A stretch of DNA of 64,000 nt from an uncultured Albidiferax sp. (GCA_963512605.1 CAUPNG010000024.1:9849-73848), one strand, 5' to 3'; positions 55,148 to 64,000 are shown, numbered from the stretch's first letter. Numbers and translations: made by a program. Notes: a model not told the origin generated them from the sequence alone.

Positions 55148-55612
55148 TCAGGGGTTGCTGGCCTTGTAGTCGGCAATCGCCTTGGCGAGGTCTGCGTATT
55201 CTTCGCAGCTTTGGTTGCCGCAAATCTGTTCCAGCGCCGCCAGTTGTTTCAGTGCTTCGGCGGGTTGTTTGTCCATCAAATAGGCTTCACCCAGGTATTC
55301 GCGTGCGCCCCGGTGTTGGGGGTTGATGTCGAGCGCGATCTTGTAGTGGAAGAAGGCACGTGACAGTTGGGGCGGGCTGCTTTTGCGGGCGGTGTAGCCC
55401 AGCAGGTTGTGGATGTCGGCGTTACGGGGCTCGTCTTCCAACGCGGCGGTGAGCTCGGTTTGCGCGCGGCTCCAGTGCTTGGCCTGGATGGCCTCTTGCG
55501 CGCTGTGCAGGCGCTCGTTCACGGTGGGTGTGGCGGGCGTGGTGTCTCTGGCTTGCGCGGCGCTGCAGGCCAGCAGGCAGGCGGCTACCGCGGCGTAGAT
55601 CTGTGGGCGCAT
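55148..55612 (-). CDS. TPR-repeat secreted/lipoprotein-like protein
   Basis: Signal peptide MRPQIYAAVAACLLACSAAQA followed by TPR-like repeats (...NLLGYTARKSS...AFFHYKIALDINP...). Confidence 0.6.
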   Translation of the reverse strand: MRPQIYAAVAACLLACSAAQARDTTPATPTVNERLHSAQEAIQAKHWSRAQTELTAALEDEPRNADIHNLLGYTARKSSPPQLSRAFFHYKIALDINPQHRGAREYLGEAYLMDKQPAEALKQLAALEQICGNQSCEEYADLAKAIADYKASNP

Positions 55613-55826
55613 AGGTTTCTCCGGTGGGGTGTAAAGCGGGCCTAGCATTTTCCCCCTAACTTTCATGGACCCGGGTGCAGAGCTCCCCGAGCCATGAAAG
55701 TTGTTTCACGTTAACCTGTGCGGGTGCGCCTGCTTCAGAGGCTGCCTAGAATAAACCTGTTGCACAGACCCATCTGTCGCCTCCGCACCGCATTTTTTTC
55801 ACATCCCCTTTGCCCTGGAACCCGCC

Positions 55827-56837
55827 ATGTTGAACCTTGTCCGTACCGTCCAGACCGTGGACGCGCATACCGGTGGCGAGCCGCTGCGCATACTCACCTC
55901 CGGCCTGCCCGCCGTGCCCGGCGCCGGCATTCTGGAAAAGCGCGCCTGGCTCAAAACCCACCGCGACGACCTGCGCCAGTTTCTGATGAACGAGCCGCGC
56001 GGCCACGCCGACATGTACGGTGCCTACCTGCTACCGCCCACCACACCGGGTGCCGACTTTGGCGTGATCTTCATCCACAACGAGGGCTACAGCGACATGT
56101 GCGGCCACGGCATCATCGCCCTGGGCAAGGTGCTGGTGGAGCTGGGCTATGTGCAGCGCACCAGCCCGTTGACGCGCATCGGCTTTGACGCACCGGCGGG
56201 CTTTATCGAAGCCTTTGTGGAGTGGGACGGCCAGCGTGCGGGCAAGGTCACTTTCAAGAACGTACCGGCCTTTATTTACCTGCGCGACCTGGAGGTGGAT
56301 ACGCCCAGCTTTGGTCGGGTGCGCGGCGACATCGTGTTTGGCGGGGCGTTTTACTACTACCTGAATGCCGAGCAGGCGGGCTTGACGGTAAAGCCGGAAC
56401 TGGTCCGTTCATTGATCCAGTTGGGGGCGGAAACCAAGGCGGCGGTGATTGCCCAGGTGAAGATCCAGCACCCGCTGGAGCCGGGGCTGGACCAGCTCTA
56501 CGGCAGCATCATCGACAGCGCGCCCAACTGCGCCGGGGTAGACCAGTCCAACGTCTGCGTGTTTGCCGACCGCGAGGTGGACCGCTCGCCCACCGGCACC
56601 GGCACCTCGGGCCGGGCGGCGCAACTGTTTCTGCGCGGGCAATTGGCCCTGGGTGCTAATTACACCAACGGTAGCATCGTGGGCAGCAAATTCGAGGTCA
56701 AGGTGACACAGGCGGTGAAGGTGGGCGACTTCGACGGTGCGCTCACCGAAGTCACCGGCAGTGCCCACATCATGGGCCACCACCAGTGGGTGCTGGAAGA
56801 GCTGGACCCGTTCCCCACCGGTTTCTTTTTACGTTAA
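55827..56837 (+). CDS. proline-racemase-superfamily enzyme, predicted trans-3-hydroxy-L-proline dehydratase
   Basis: Catalytic pair Cys (SDMCGHG) and Thr (DRSPTGTGTS, where epimerases/racemases have Cys). Confidence 0.7.
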   Translation: MLNLVRTVQTVDAHTGGEPLRILTSGLPAVPGAGILEKRAWLKTHRDDLRQFLMNEPRGHADMYGAYLLPPTTPGADFGVIFIHNEGYSDMCGHGIIALGKVLVELGYVQRTSPLTRIGFDAPAGFIEAFVEWDGQRAGKVTFKNVPAFIYLRDLEVDTPSFGRVRGDIVFGGAFYYYLNAEQAGLTVKPELVRSLIQLGAETKAAVIAQVKIQHPLEPGLDQLYGSIIDSAPNCAGVDQSNVCVFADREVDRSPTGTGTSGRAAQLFLRGQLALGANYTNGSIVGSKFEVKVTQAVKVGDFDGALTEVTGSAHIMGHHQWVLEELDPFPTGFFLR

Positions 56838-56841
56838 CGCC

Positions 56842-57753
56842 ATGCAAATACTCAACGCCGAACAGACCGCCCGGGCATTGCCCTACGCCCAGCTGGTGCC
56901 CGCCGTGGCCCAGGCCGCGCGGGAGCTGGCGCAGCAGCAAATCAACGCCCCCGAGCGCCTGGTGGTGCCCATGGCCGAGGGTGGGGTCTTGCTGGCCATG
57001 CCCGCCGTGGCGCACGACCTGAGCGTGACCAAGCTGGTGACCGTGCACCCGGGTAATGCCGCCCATGGCCTGCCGGTGATCCAGGGCGAGGTGGTGGTAA
57101 TAGACACCGCCACCGGCCGCCGCCTGGCCCTGCTGGATGGCCCTACGGTCACCGCCCGCCGCACTGCGGCTGTGACGCTGCTGGGCATCCAGACGCTGGC
57201 TGTGCAAAAGCCCACCTCGGCCCTGCTGATCGGCACTGGAGCCCAGGCCGCCGCCCATGCGGACGCGCTGGTGGAGCACCTGGGGATCGCGCAGTTCTGG
57301 GTGGCGGCCCGCAGCCTGGCATCGGCACAGGCGTTTTGTGCGGCGCTGCAGACACGCCATCCGCAGGTGCGGGCCATCGCGGTGGACGATCTGGAAAACG
57401 CCTTGCCCACCACCGACCTGGTGCTGGCCTTGACCACCTCGCGCACGCCGGTGATTCCTGCCCACATTGCCGACCACACCCTGGCCATCGGCGTGGGGGC
57501 TTTCAAACCTGACATGGCCGAATTCCCCCCGGCGCTGCTGCACAGCCGCCAGATCGTGGTGGACGACCTGGGCGGTGCAAAGCATGAAGCCGGGGATTTG
57601 TTGCAGGCCCAAGTGGACTGGAGCCAGGTACGCAGCCTGGCATCGGTGCTGGCTACGCCCTTGCCGCCATCCAAACTCGCCCCGGTGTTCAAAACCGTGG
57701 GCCAGGCCGCGTGGGATTTGGCGGCGGCGCGGGTGGCGATTACCGCCCTTTAA
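56842..57753 (+). CDS. ornithine cyclodeaminase/mu-crystallin family (predicted delta1-pyrroline-2-carboxylate reductase)
   Basis: ...LVTVHPGN...LIGTGAQA... Rossmann. 4 nt downstream of the dehydratase gene. Confidence 0.7.
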   Translation: MQILNAEQTARALPYAQLVPAVAQAARELAQQQINAPERLVVPMAEGGVLLAMPAVAHDLSVTKLVTVHPGNAAHGLPVIQGEVVVIDTATGRRLALLDGPTVTARRTAAVTLLGIQTLAVQKPTSALLIGTGAQAAAHADALVEHLGIAQFWVAARSLASAQAFCAALQTRHPQVRAIAVDDLENALPTTDLVLALTTSRTPVIPAHIADHTLAIGVGAFKPDMAEFPPALLHSRQIVVDDLGGAKHEAGDLLQAQVDWSQVRSLASVLATPLPPSKLAPVFKTVGQAAWDLAAARVAITAL

Positions 57754-59294
57754 CGGCCAGCAACCCGGCCCCACTCCGCCTCATACGTCGTCACCAGCAC
57801 CTGGTTCGACAGCCGGTTCACCTCGGTCGGCACGCGGGCCATGTCCAGTGGGAAGTCGAACAGCGCGGGCAGGCTGTGCGGGCTTAAAAAGCGCAGGCCG
57901 TCGGGCAGGCTGGTGGGTATGCGGTAGGGGCGGCGGCTGGCGATGGTGAAGCCCCATTCGCCAAAGCTGGGCACATGGGCGTGGTAGGGCGTGGCCGTCA
58001 GGCCCACCGACTCGATGGTGGTGGCCACGGTCCAGAAGCTGCGGCGGGCCACCAGGGGCGAGGTGGTCTGGATCACGGCGTAGCCGCTGGCCGACAGGCG
58101 CTGGTCCAGCAGGCTGTAGAACGAGTTGGTGTAGAGCTTGCCGATGGCGAAGTTGGTGGGGTCGGGGAAGTCCACGACGACCACGTCGAAGGTGTCGGTG
58201 GTGGTTTGCAGCCAGTTGAATGCGTCGGTGTTGACGGTGTGCACCTTGGGCGACAGCAGCGCGCCGCCGTTGAGCTGCACCAGCGCGGGCTGGGTTTGGA
58301 ACAAATTGGTCATGGCCGGGTCCAGCTCGACCAGGGTGATGCTTTCCACGCCGGGGTATTTCAAGATCTCGCGCACTGCCATGCCGTCGCCACCGCCCAG
58401 CACGGCCACTTTTTTGGGCGCACCCTGGGCAGACATCACCGGGTGTACCAGGGCCTCGTGGTAGCGGTATTCGTCGCGCTGGGCAAACTGCAGGTTGCCG
58501 TTCAAAAACAGCCGGTAGCCCGCCTTGCCCTCGCCCGGCCCGTGGGTGAGCACGATGCGCTGGTAGGGCGAGGTGCTGGCCAGTACCACCCGGTCCTGGT
58601 AGAGCTTGTCTTCGGCCCAGGTGGTGATCCGGTCCGCGCCCGCCATGCCCAAGCCCAGCGCGGCCAGGGTGAAAAAGCAGGCCAGCACATGGGCTTGGAA
58701 CTGGCGCAGTTCGTGCCGAAACAGCCACAGCGCCCACAGCGCCACGGCGGCGTTCATCAGGCCAAACAGCAGCCCGGTGCGGATGAGGCCCAGGTGCGGC
58801 ACCAGCAGCAGCGGAAACGCCAGCGACACCGCCAGCGCGCCCAGGTAGTCGAAGGTCAGCACCTGCGACACCAGGTCCTTCAGGGCCACGTTGCGCTGCA
58901 GGATACGCATGACCAGCGGAATCTCCAGCCCCACCAGCGTGCCCACCAGCACCACCAGGCTGTACAGCAGCGGGCGAAAAGCCCCCGGCATGTAGGCATT
59001 TGCTACAAAAAGAAGAGCTGGTAGCGACCCACCAATAAGCGCTACCAGCAGTTCTATGCGTAAAAAGTGGGCGGGCAACTGGCGCTCAAAAAACCGCGAC
59101 AGGTAGGAGCCAATGCCCATGGCAAACAAATAGGTACCGATGATGGTGGAAAACTGCAGCACCGAGTCGCCCAGCAGGTAGGACGCCAGCGCCCCCGCCG
59201 CCAGCTCGTACACCAGCCCGCAGGCCGAGACCACGAACACCGAGGCCAGCAGCGCCACCTCGACCGGGCGCGGCCCGGCGTTCTCAGTCCGCAT
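57750..59294 (-). CDS. speE: membrane-anchored polyamine aminopropyltransferase (spermidine-synthase-like)
   Basis: N-terminal ~7 TM segments plus a C-terminal SpeE fold (...VAVLGGGDGMAVREILKY...VVVDFPDP...). Confidence 0.8.
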   Translation of the reverse strand: MRTENAGPRPVEVALLASVFVVSACGLVYELAAGALASYLLGDSVLQFSTIIGTYLFAMGIGSYLSRFFERQLPAHFLRIELLVALIGGSLPALLFVANAYMPGAFRPLLYSLVVLVGTLVGLEIPLVMRILQRNVALKDLVSQVLTFDYLGALAVSLAFPLLLVPHLGLIRTGLLFGLMNAAVALWALWLFRHELRQFQAHVLACFFTLAALGLGMAGADRITTWAEDKLYQDRVVLASTSPYQRIVLTHGPGEGKAGYRLFLNGNLQFAQRDEYRYHEALVHPVMSAQGAPKKVAVLGGGDGMAVREILKYPGVESITLVELDPAMTNLFQTQPALVQLNGGALLSPKVHTVNTDAFNWLQTTTDTFDVVVVDFPDPTNFAIGKLYTNSFYSLLDQRLSASGYAVIQTTSPLVARRSFWTVATTIESVGLTATPYHAHVPSFGEWGFTIASRRPYRIPTSLPDGLRFLSPHSLPALFDFPLDMARVPTEVNRLSNQVLVTTYEAEWGRVAGR

Positions 59295-59527
59295 CAGTGG
59301 ATAGCTGCCGCCACGATGATGCAGATGCCCAGCGACATGGCGGCCACCACCAAGGCCAGCGCCAGGTTTTGCTTTTCAATGATTTCTTCCCACAGCTTGT
59401 AGGGCGTGAGCTTGTCCATCAGCACAAAGCACAACCCAAAAATCGCCACGCCGATGAGCGCGTACACGATGGAGCCCATGACGACTCCGGCCTTCAACCA
59501 TTCGATTTCCATGGGAATCTCCTTCAA
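59294..59527 (-). CDS. DUF350 (YjfL-like) small membrane protein
   Basis: 77 aa with TM helices. The stop shares 1 nt with the speE-like start. The start is ATG 59527 or 59512. Confidence 0.7.
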   Translation of the reverse strand: MKEIPMEIEWLKAGVVMGSIVYALIGVAIFGLCFVLMDKLTPYKLWEEIIEKQNLALALVVAAMSLGICIIVAAAIH

Positions 59528-59530
59528 AAA

Positions 59531-61030
59531 TTATTTATGCCCGCCACCACTGGAGAACCCGCCGTACGAGCCCCCGGAAGTGCGGGTGCTGGAACTGCAG
59601 TTTTCGACATTCGGATCGCAGTCGCGGCGCGAACTGAGCACAATCACCAGCAGCACCACGATCACGATGATCCACATCACCGTCCTTGGGGCCATGTTGG
59701 CGCCGCCCATGCCCAGCGGGCTGGCATCGCTGCGTTTAAGCAGGTCTTTTTTGCCCTCCAACTGGAAGGCCGTGGCCACCAGGGCGCTGTCGATCTGGCT
59801 GCCTACCGACCAGGTGACTTCCTGGGCCGACTGCTCCATGGACAGCAGGCTTTTGCCGCTGGCGAAGTCGCGGTTGCTGGTTTTCTGCCCGCGCTGCACC
59901 TGCCAGTAAAACTCGCCCAGCACGTAGCTGGTTTCGGCGTTGTAGCTTTCTTTGAGCTGGTAGCGGCTGCCCAGGTAGGTGGCGCTTTGGCCGCTGCCGG
60001 CCATCTCGGGCGCGCCGGTGGTGGGCTTGACCAGGCTCCAGCCCTCGGTGCTGTCCACCAAAAACAAAAAACCGCGCTTGGCGTTGAAGAGCAAATACTC
60101 CTCCCAGCCAAACTGCTCGTCATCGCCCGGCGCGGTGCCCATGCGGTGCTGGAAGCCCACCACCTGCCAGTCCACGCCCTGCAGCTTGCCGGTCTGGCCC
60201 AGGGGGATCAGCGGCCGCACCGGTTCGTCCTGCTCGGCGTGGCGCAGTTCGCCACCGATGCCGCTGGCCAGGTCGATCAGGCTGTGGCACGCGCCGCAGG
60301 TGATGCTTTTGCTGCTGGCCAGCTTGACGGATACGGGCGCGCCGCAACTGGGGCAGTCGAACTGGCGGCCTTTCTCGTCTTTGACGGAATCCGAGCGCAG
60401 ACCCACCAGTTGCAAATCCTCCAGCAGTACGGCGCTGCCGATGGACAGGCTGGGGGGCCGCGTGCCGTAGTCCACGCTGAGCACTTCGCCCGCCGCGCTG
60501 CGCAGCTCCACCATGGAAAACGGTTCGCCCAGCGCGGGCAGGTGCGGCAGCTCGCCCTGGGCCGAAATCAGCGACACGGTCTGGTTGGAGGCCACGCTGA
60601 AGGTTTTGCCGTTGATGGCGGTGGTAGCCCCTACACGGAACTGCTCGGCCATGGGCATGGCGCGCTGGGCCAGCAGCGGGGTGGTGAAGACGTAGGCGCC
60701 GTTGTCTTCGCTCAAGAAGGCGCTGGTGCCGTCGGCGCGCACCGCGTGCCATTCGGTCCAGGTGCCCTCGGCGTACTTGTACTGCAGGCGGCCCACCAGG
60801 GTGAAGGCCAGATTTTTCCAGCTGCCGCTGGCCTGCAGCTGCAGGGGGCTGTGGTCGTCGAACAGCTCGGCCATCTTGCCGATGCGGGCCAGGGTTTCGC
60901 CGCTGCGCACCACCGTACTCTGGCAGTAGGCGCAGACGGCGTGGGTGGACTGCGCGCTCAGGAAGTCGACCGGCGCGCCGCAGCCAGGGCAGGGCGCGCG
61001 GTAGGCGCGTTGGGGGGACGGGGTCGCCAC
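59531..61030 (-). CDS. DUF4178-domain protein with zinc-ribbon motifs and a C-terminal TM segment
   Basis: CPGCGAP...CAYC and CPSCGAP...CGAC ribbons, each followed by a DUF4178-like beta region. C-terminal TM IIVIVVLLVIVL. Confidence 0.65.
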   Translation of the reverse strand: MATPSPQRAYRAPCPGCGAPVDFLSAQSTHAVCAYCQSTVVRSGETLARIGKMAELFDDHSPLQLQASGSWKNLAFTLVGRLQYKYAEGTWTEWHAVRADGTSAFLSEDNGAYVFTTPLLAQRAMPMAEQFRVGATTAINGKTFSVASNQTVSLISAQGELPHLPALGEPFSMVELRSAAGEVLSVDYGTRPPSLSIGSAVLLEDLQLVGLRSDSVKDEKGRQFDCPSCGAPVSVKLASSKSITCGACHSLIDLASGIGGELRHAEQDEPVRPLIPLGQTGKLQGVDWQVVGFQHRMGTAPGDDEQFGWEEYLLFNAKRGFLFLVDSTEGWSLVKPTTGAPEMAGSGQSATYLGSRYQLKESYNAETSYVLGEFYWQVQRGQKTSNRDFASGKSLLSMEQSAQEVTWSVGSQIDSALVATAFQLEGKKDLLKRSDASPLGMGGANMAPRTVMWIIVIVVLLVIVLSSRRDCDPNVENCSSSTRTSGGSYGGFSSGGGHK

Positions 61031-61039
61031 AGAAGCGGT

Positions 61040-62065
61040 TTAGACGAGCTTTTTGAGGAGTTCCGCTTTCTTGGAATCAAACTCTTCCTGCGTGAGGATG
61101 CCCTTGGTTTTGAGGTCGCCCAGCTTCTCCAGCGTAGCCATGACTTCTTCGGGCTTCATGCCGACAGGTGCCGCCGCCGCTGGGTTGCCCTGCAAACCTG
61201 CCTGCAGGTTCTGCGCCAGCACCTGGCCCAGGGCCACGCCCGCGCCCAGGCCCATGGCATCGCCCGCAATGCCACCACCGCCGCCTGCACCTTCGGCGAA
61301 CTTGGGGATGGCCTGCGCCGTCTGGTACTGCATGAACTTGCCCATGTCGTTGCCCACCATGCCCATGCCGATCTTCTGGTCTAGCACTTTTTGCAGATCT
61401 TCGGGCAGGGAGACGTTTTGCACCGTCATGCCGTCCAGGTGCAGGCCGATCTTGGCGAACTCGGGCACCAGCTGGATGGTCAGCGCCTGGGCAAACGCGT
61501 GCTGGTTGGCCGCCAGGTCCAGGAACGGGATGCCGCTGCTGGCAATGGCCGTGCTGATGTTTTGCAGCACCAACCCGCGCAGTTGGCCATCCACATCTGC
61601 CACGGTGTATTGCTCGCGCGTGCCGGAGATTTCGGTGTGGAACAGGGCCGGGTCGGCCACGCGGAAACTGTAGTTGCCAAAGGCGCGCAGGCGCACCGCG
61701 CCAAAGTCTTTGTCGCGGATGGTGATGGGCTGGGGCGTGCCCCACTTCTGGTCGATCTGCTGGCGGGTGCTGAAGAAGTACACGTCGCTCTTGAAGGGCG
61801 ACTCAAACAGCTTGTCCCAGTTCTTCAGGTAGGTCAGGACCGGCAGGGTCTGGGTGGTCAGCTTGTAGGTGCCGGGGCCAAACACGTCGGCCACCTGGCC
61901 TTCGTTGACAAATATCGCCACCTGCGAGGCCCGCACGGTGAGCGAGGCGCCGTTCTGGATCTCCATCTCGGCCATCGGAAAACGCCAGGCAAGGGTGCCG
62001 TCGCTGTCCTCGGTCCACTGGATGATGTCTATGAATTGTTTGCGGATGAAGTCCATCAAGGCCAT
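61040..62065 (-). CDS. SPFH/band-7 domain protein with C-terminal SHOCT-like tail
   Basis: MALMDFIRKQFIDIIQW...TVRASQVAIFVNEGQ... and C-terminal ...KLGDLKTKGILTQEEFDSKKAELLKKL. Confidence 0.8.
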   Translation of the reverse strand: MALMDFIRKQFIDIIQWTEDSDGTLAWRFPMAEMEIQNGASLTVRASQVAIFVNEGQVADVFGPGTYKLTTQTLPVLTYLKNWDKLFESPFKSDVYFFSTRQQIDQKWGTPQPITIRDKDFGAVRLRAFGNYSFRVADPALFHTEISGTREQYTVADVDGQLRGLVLQNISTAIASSGIPFLDLAANQHAFAQALTIQLVPEFAKIGLHLDGMTVQNVSLPEDLQKVLDQKIGMGMVGNDMGKFMQYQTAQAIPKFAEGAGGGGGIAGDAMGLGAGVALGQVLAQNLQAGLQGNPAAAAPVGMKPEEVMATLEKLGDLKTKGILTQEEFDSKKAELLKKLV

Positions 62066-62281
62066 GGTGCGCTCCTGTTGCTAACTGGGTCAGGCATGGT
62101 ATCCGACCCGGCGTGGGCAAGGCGACGTTGAATAGGTCCCCGCGAGGCGGCGCGCCCTGGATCGGGATGGGATGCAAGGCGCAAACCGCAGACATAGCTT
62201 GGGCTATGGCGAGGATTTGCAACGCCGCAGACCGCCCGAGGCCAGGGATGCGCAGACCGCGAGGGACCTGTTCAGCGTTGC

Positions 62282-63082
62282 CTAGTCGCCACCGCCGCCG
62301 CAGCCACCCCCGTCGGAGCCGCCGCCGTCCGCGCTGCTGTCGGCACCGCCAAAGTCGCCGCTGCTGCTGTCGCCACTGCTACTGCCGCCGTCGCTGCTGC
62401 TGCCAAAGTCGGCCCCGCAGTACGCCCCGGCATCGCTTTGCGCGCCAATGTCTTTGCAGTCGGGCGTGTAGCGGTAGCCGCCTTCGATGCCGAACTTGGC
62501 ATCCAGCGCAAACAGCAGTGGCAGGCGGCTGGGTTTGCGGGGGTTAATGCTTTCTTCCTTGCAGGTCCAGAACCAGGTGCGGCGCAGGCCGTTGTTCTGC
62601 TTTTGGCTATGGCCCATCATCTCGGCCGGGGTGTGGTGCAGCATGCCGCCAAATGCCGCCTGGCACCAGCGCGCATAGCCCTGGGTGTGCAGGATGTAGG
62701 CGTGCCAGGCGGTGTCCACCACCTTGGACGGCATGCCTACAAACTGCCGCCCGCTGCGCAAATGCGCCATGAAAAACTGCCGCAGCCCGCGCAGCACCAG
62801 CTCGGCATCGCGCGCCTCCAGGCCGGGGTGGGCGGCCAGAATGTGGCTGGTCAAAAAGCGCGGCAGCTCGGCATCGCGGATGAACTGCCTGCGCAAGGCG
62901 AGCTCCCAGGACTTGAAGGCCGCCCGCAGCAGCAGGCCCATGCCCAGCACCAGCAACCACCACCATCCGCTGTGCAACACGTTCCAGACCGCCCAGGGCA
63001 GCAGCACCCACAGCAGGCCCCGGCGGGCCCATACCAGGGCGTGGATACGTTGGCGCAGATTGAGTGGCGGCAGATGGGGCAT
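62282..63082 (-). CDS. membrane protein with glycine-rich-domain-protein-like core and a Gly/Ser/Asp/Cys low-complexity tail
   Basis: Two N-terminal TM segments, ...DTAWHAYILHTQGYARWC... core, and tail ...GSSSDGGSSSGDSSSGDFGGADSSADGGGSDGGGCGGGGD. Start trimmed to ATG 63082. Confidence 0.6.
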   Translation of the reverse strand: MPHLPPLNLRQRIHALVWARRGLLWVLLPWAVWNVLHSGWWWLLVLGMGLLLRAAFKSWELALRRQFIRDAELPRFLTSHILAAHPGLEARDAELVLRGLRQFFMAHLRSGRQFVGMPSKVVDTAWHAYILHTQGYARWCQAAFGGMLHHTPAEMMGHSQKQNNGLRRTWFWTCKEESINPRKPSRLPLLFALDAKFGIEGGYRYTPDCKDIGAQSDAGAYCGADFGSSSDGGSSSGDSSSGDFGGADSSADGGGSDGGGCGGGGD

Positions 63083-63116
63083 ACACCCCACTGTAGCCAA
63101 AATCCGGTTGCTATCT

Positions 63117-63166
63117 AAATAGGAGCTGCTTGCGCTGATTGAATAAGCGCGAGGTGCCGATTTGGC
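63117..63166 (+). repeat. dispersed 45-50 bp repeat, copy 13 (forward orientation)
   Basis: taaataggagctgcttgcgctgattgaataagcgcgaggtgccgatttggc. Confidence 0.85.
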
Positions 63167-63177
63167 TTGTATTTTCC

Positions 63178-63999
63178 CTACTTGCCCAGGAACGCCAGCA
63201 GGTCGTGCGTCAGGCGCTCCTTGTGGGTGGCGAACAGGCCGTGGGGTGCGCCTTCGTACTCCAGCAGGGTCGAGGTGCCGATCTCTTGCGCGGTAGGCCG
63301 GGCCGAGCTGGCGATGGGCACGGTGAGGTCGTCGGTGCCGTGGATGATCAGCGTGGGCACCTTGAAGGCGGGCAGGTCGGGGCGGAAGTCGGTGCTGCTG
63401 AACGACTTCAGGCATTCCAGCGTGGCGCGCAGGCTGGCCTGCATGGCGGTGTTGCGGGCCCAGGCCAGCAGCTCGTCGCTGACTGGCTGGCTCAGCACGC
63501 CCACGCCAAAAAAGTCATTGAAGAAGTCGGTGAAGAAGCCCGCCCGGTCTTCGCGCAAGGCCTCGGCGATGGCTGCAAATCCGGCCTCTGGTGCGCCATC
63601 GGGGTTATCGGCTGTTTGCAGGCGAAACGGCAGCACCGAAGAGACAAGCGCGGTTTGCACCACGCCCTTGCCGCCGTGGCGCGACATGTAGCGCGCCACT
63701 TCGCCGCCGCCCATCGAGAAGCCGATCAAGGTGGTGTTCGCCGCGCCGGTGTAGTTGACCACCGCCGCCAGGTCGTCGGCCAGGGTGTCATAGTCGTAGC
63801 CGTTCCAGGGCTGGCCCGACCGGCCAAAGCCGCGCCGGTCGTATGCGATGGCGCGGTAGCCGGCCTCGGCAATCGCCATGGCCTGGTCGTCCCAGCTGTC
63901 GGCCGACAGCGGCCAGCCGTGCAGCAGGATGACCGGGCGGCCCGTGCCCCAGTCCTTGACGTACAGCGGGGTGTTGTCTTGGGTGGTGATGGTGTGCAT
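63178..63999 (-). CDS. alpha/beta hydrolase (non-haem chloroperoxidase / arylesterase type)
   Basis: ...PVILLHGWPLSADSWD...GFSMGGGEV... 273 aa. The ATG is at 63999, 1 nt from the window edge. Confidence 0.85.
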   Translation of the reverse strand: MHTITTQDNTPLYVKDWGTGRPVILLHGWPLSADSWDDQAMAIAEAGYRAIAYDRRGFGRSGQPWNGYDYDTLADDLAAVVNYTGAANTTLIGFSMGGGEVARYMSRHGGKGVVQTALVSSVLPFRLQTADNPDGAPEAGFAAIAEALREDRAGFFTDFFNDFFGVGVLSQPVSDELLAWARNTAMQASLRATLECLKSFSSTDFRPDLPAFKVPTLIIHGTDDLTVPIASSARPTAQEIGTSTLLEYEGAPHGLFATHKERLTHDLLAFLGK

Positions 64000-64000
64000 G

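Noticed and set aside
59297-61384. A 695-aa plus-strand ORF antisense to the DUF350, DUF4178 and SPFH genes. Similar long antisense ORFs occur at 11465-13048, 30323-31633, 34557-35927 and 37112-38518.
   Set aside because: Their composition (runs of R/G/H/A/Q) and their position opposite recognisable genes mark them as GC-driven artefacts.

Overview
This is a high-GC bacterial chromosome segment. Hand-counted 60-nt samples give about 63-77% G+C outside the first 5.6 kb. Gene content, including two orphan Bug/TctC receptors and an XrtA locus, suggests a Burkholderiales/Comamonadaceae-type betaproteobacterium, but that is inference only. No rRNA, tRNA, CRISPR array, transposase or integrase was seen.

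Layout:
(1) 1-13.8 kb holds an exosortase-A (XrtA)/PEP-CTERM-type exopolysaccharide locus. Its left ~5.6 kb is strikingly AT-rich, and the composition junction lies inside a glycosyltransferase gene.
(2) 13.9-25.7 kb holds housekeeping genes, including hisC-hisB-[repeats]-hisH-hisA-(hexose-6-P mutarotase)-hisF.
(3) 25.7-30.7 kb is an accessory stretch cut into cassettes by copies of a dispersed 45-50 bp repeat. It contains the most interesting feature, an uncharacterised three-gene operon on the minus strand: a 756-aa Cys/Trp-rich protein with an internally duplicated N-terminal half and three PKD/Ig-like C-terminal modules, a DUF1360-like membrane protein, and a 111-aa protein that overlaps it out of frame by 122 nt. 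The same stretch also holds an orphan 136-aa ORF and a ParD-like/zeta-like TA pair whose toxin carries an in-frame TAG.
(4) 30.6-46.6 kb holds catabolic and transport genes, including a tannase plus gallate dioxygenase module.
(5) 46.7-64 kb holds stress and envelope genes: Hsp20, VapBC, SoxR with a textbook 19-bp-spacer target promoter in front of an unknown gene, a hydroxyproline module, and an SPFH-DUF4178-DUF350-SpeE-like operon.

The 45-50 bp repeat occurs at least 13 times. It is strongly orientation-biased, supplies stop codons to three genes, and sits twice in frame inside one CDS. Many long ORFs in the six-frame track are GC-driven shadow ORFs and were discarded.
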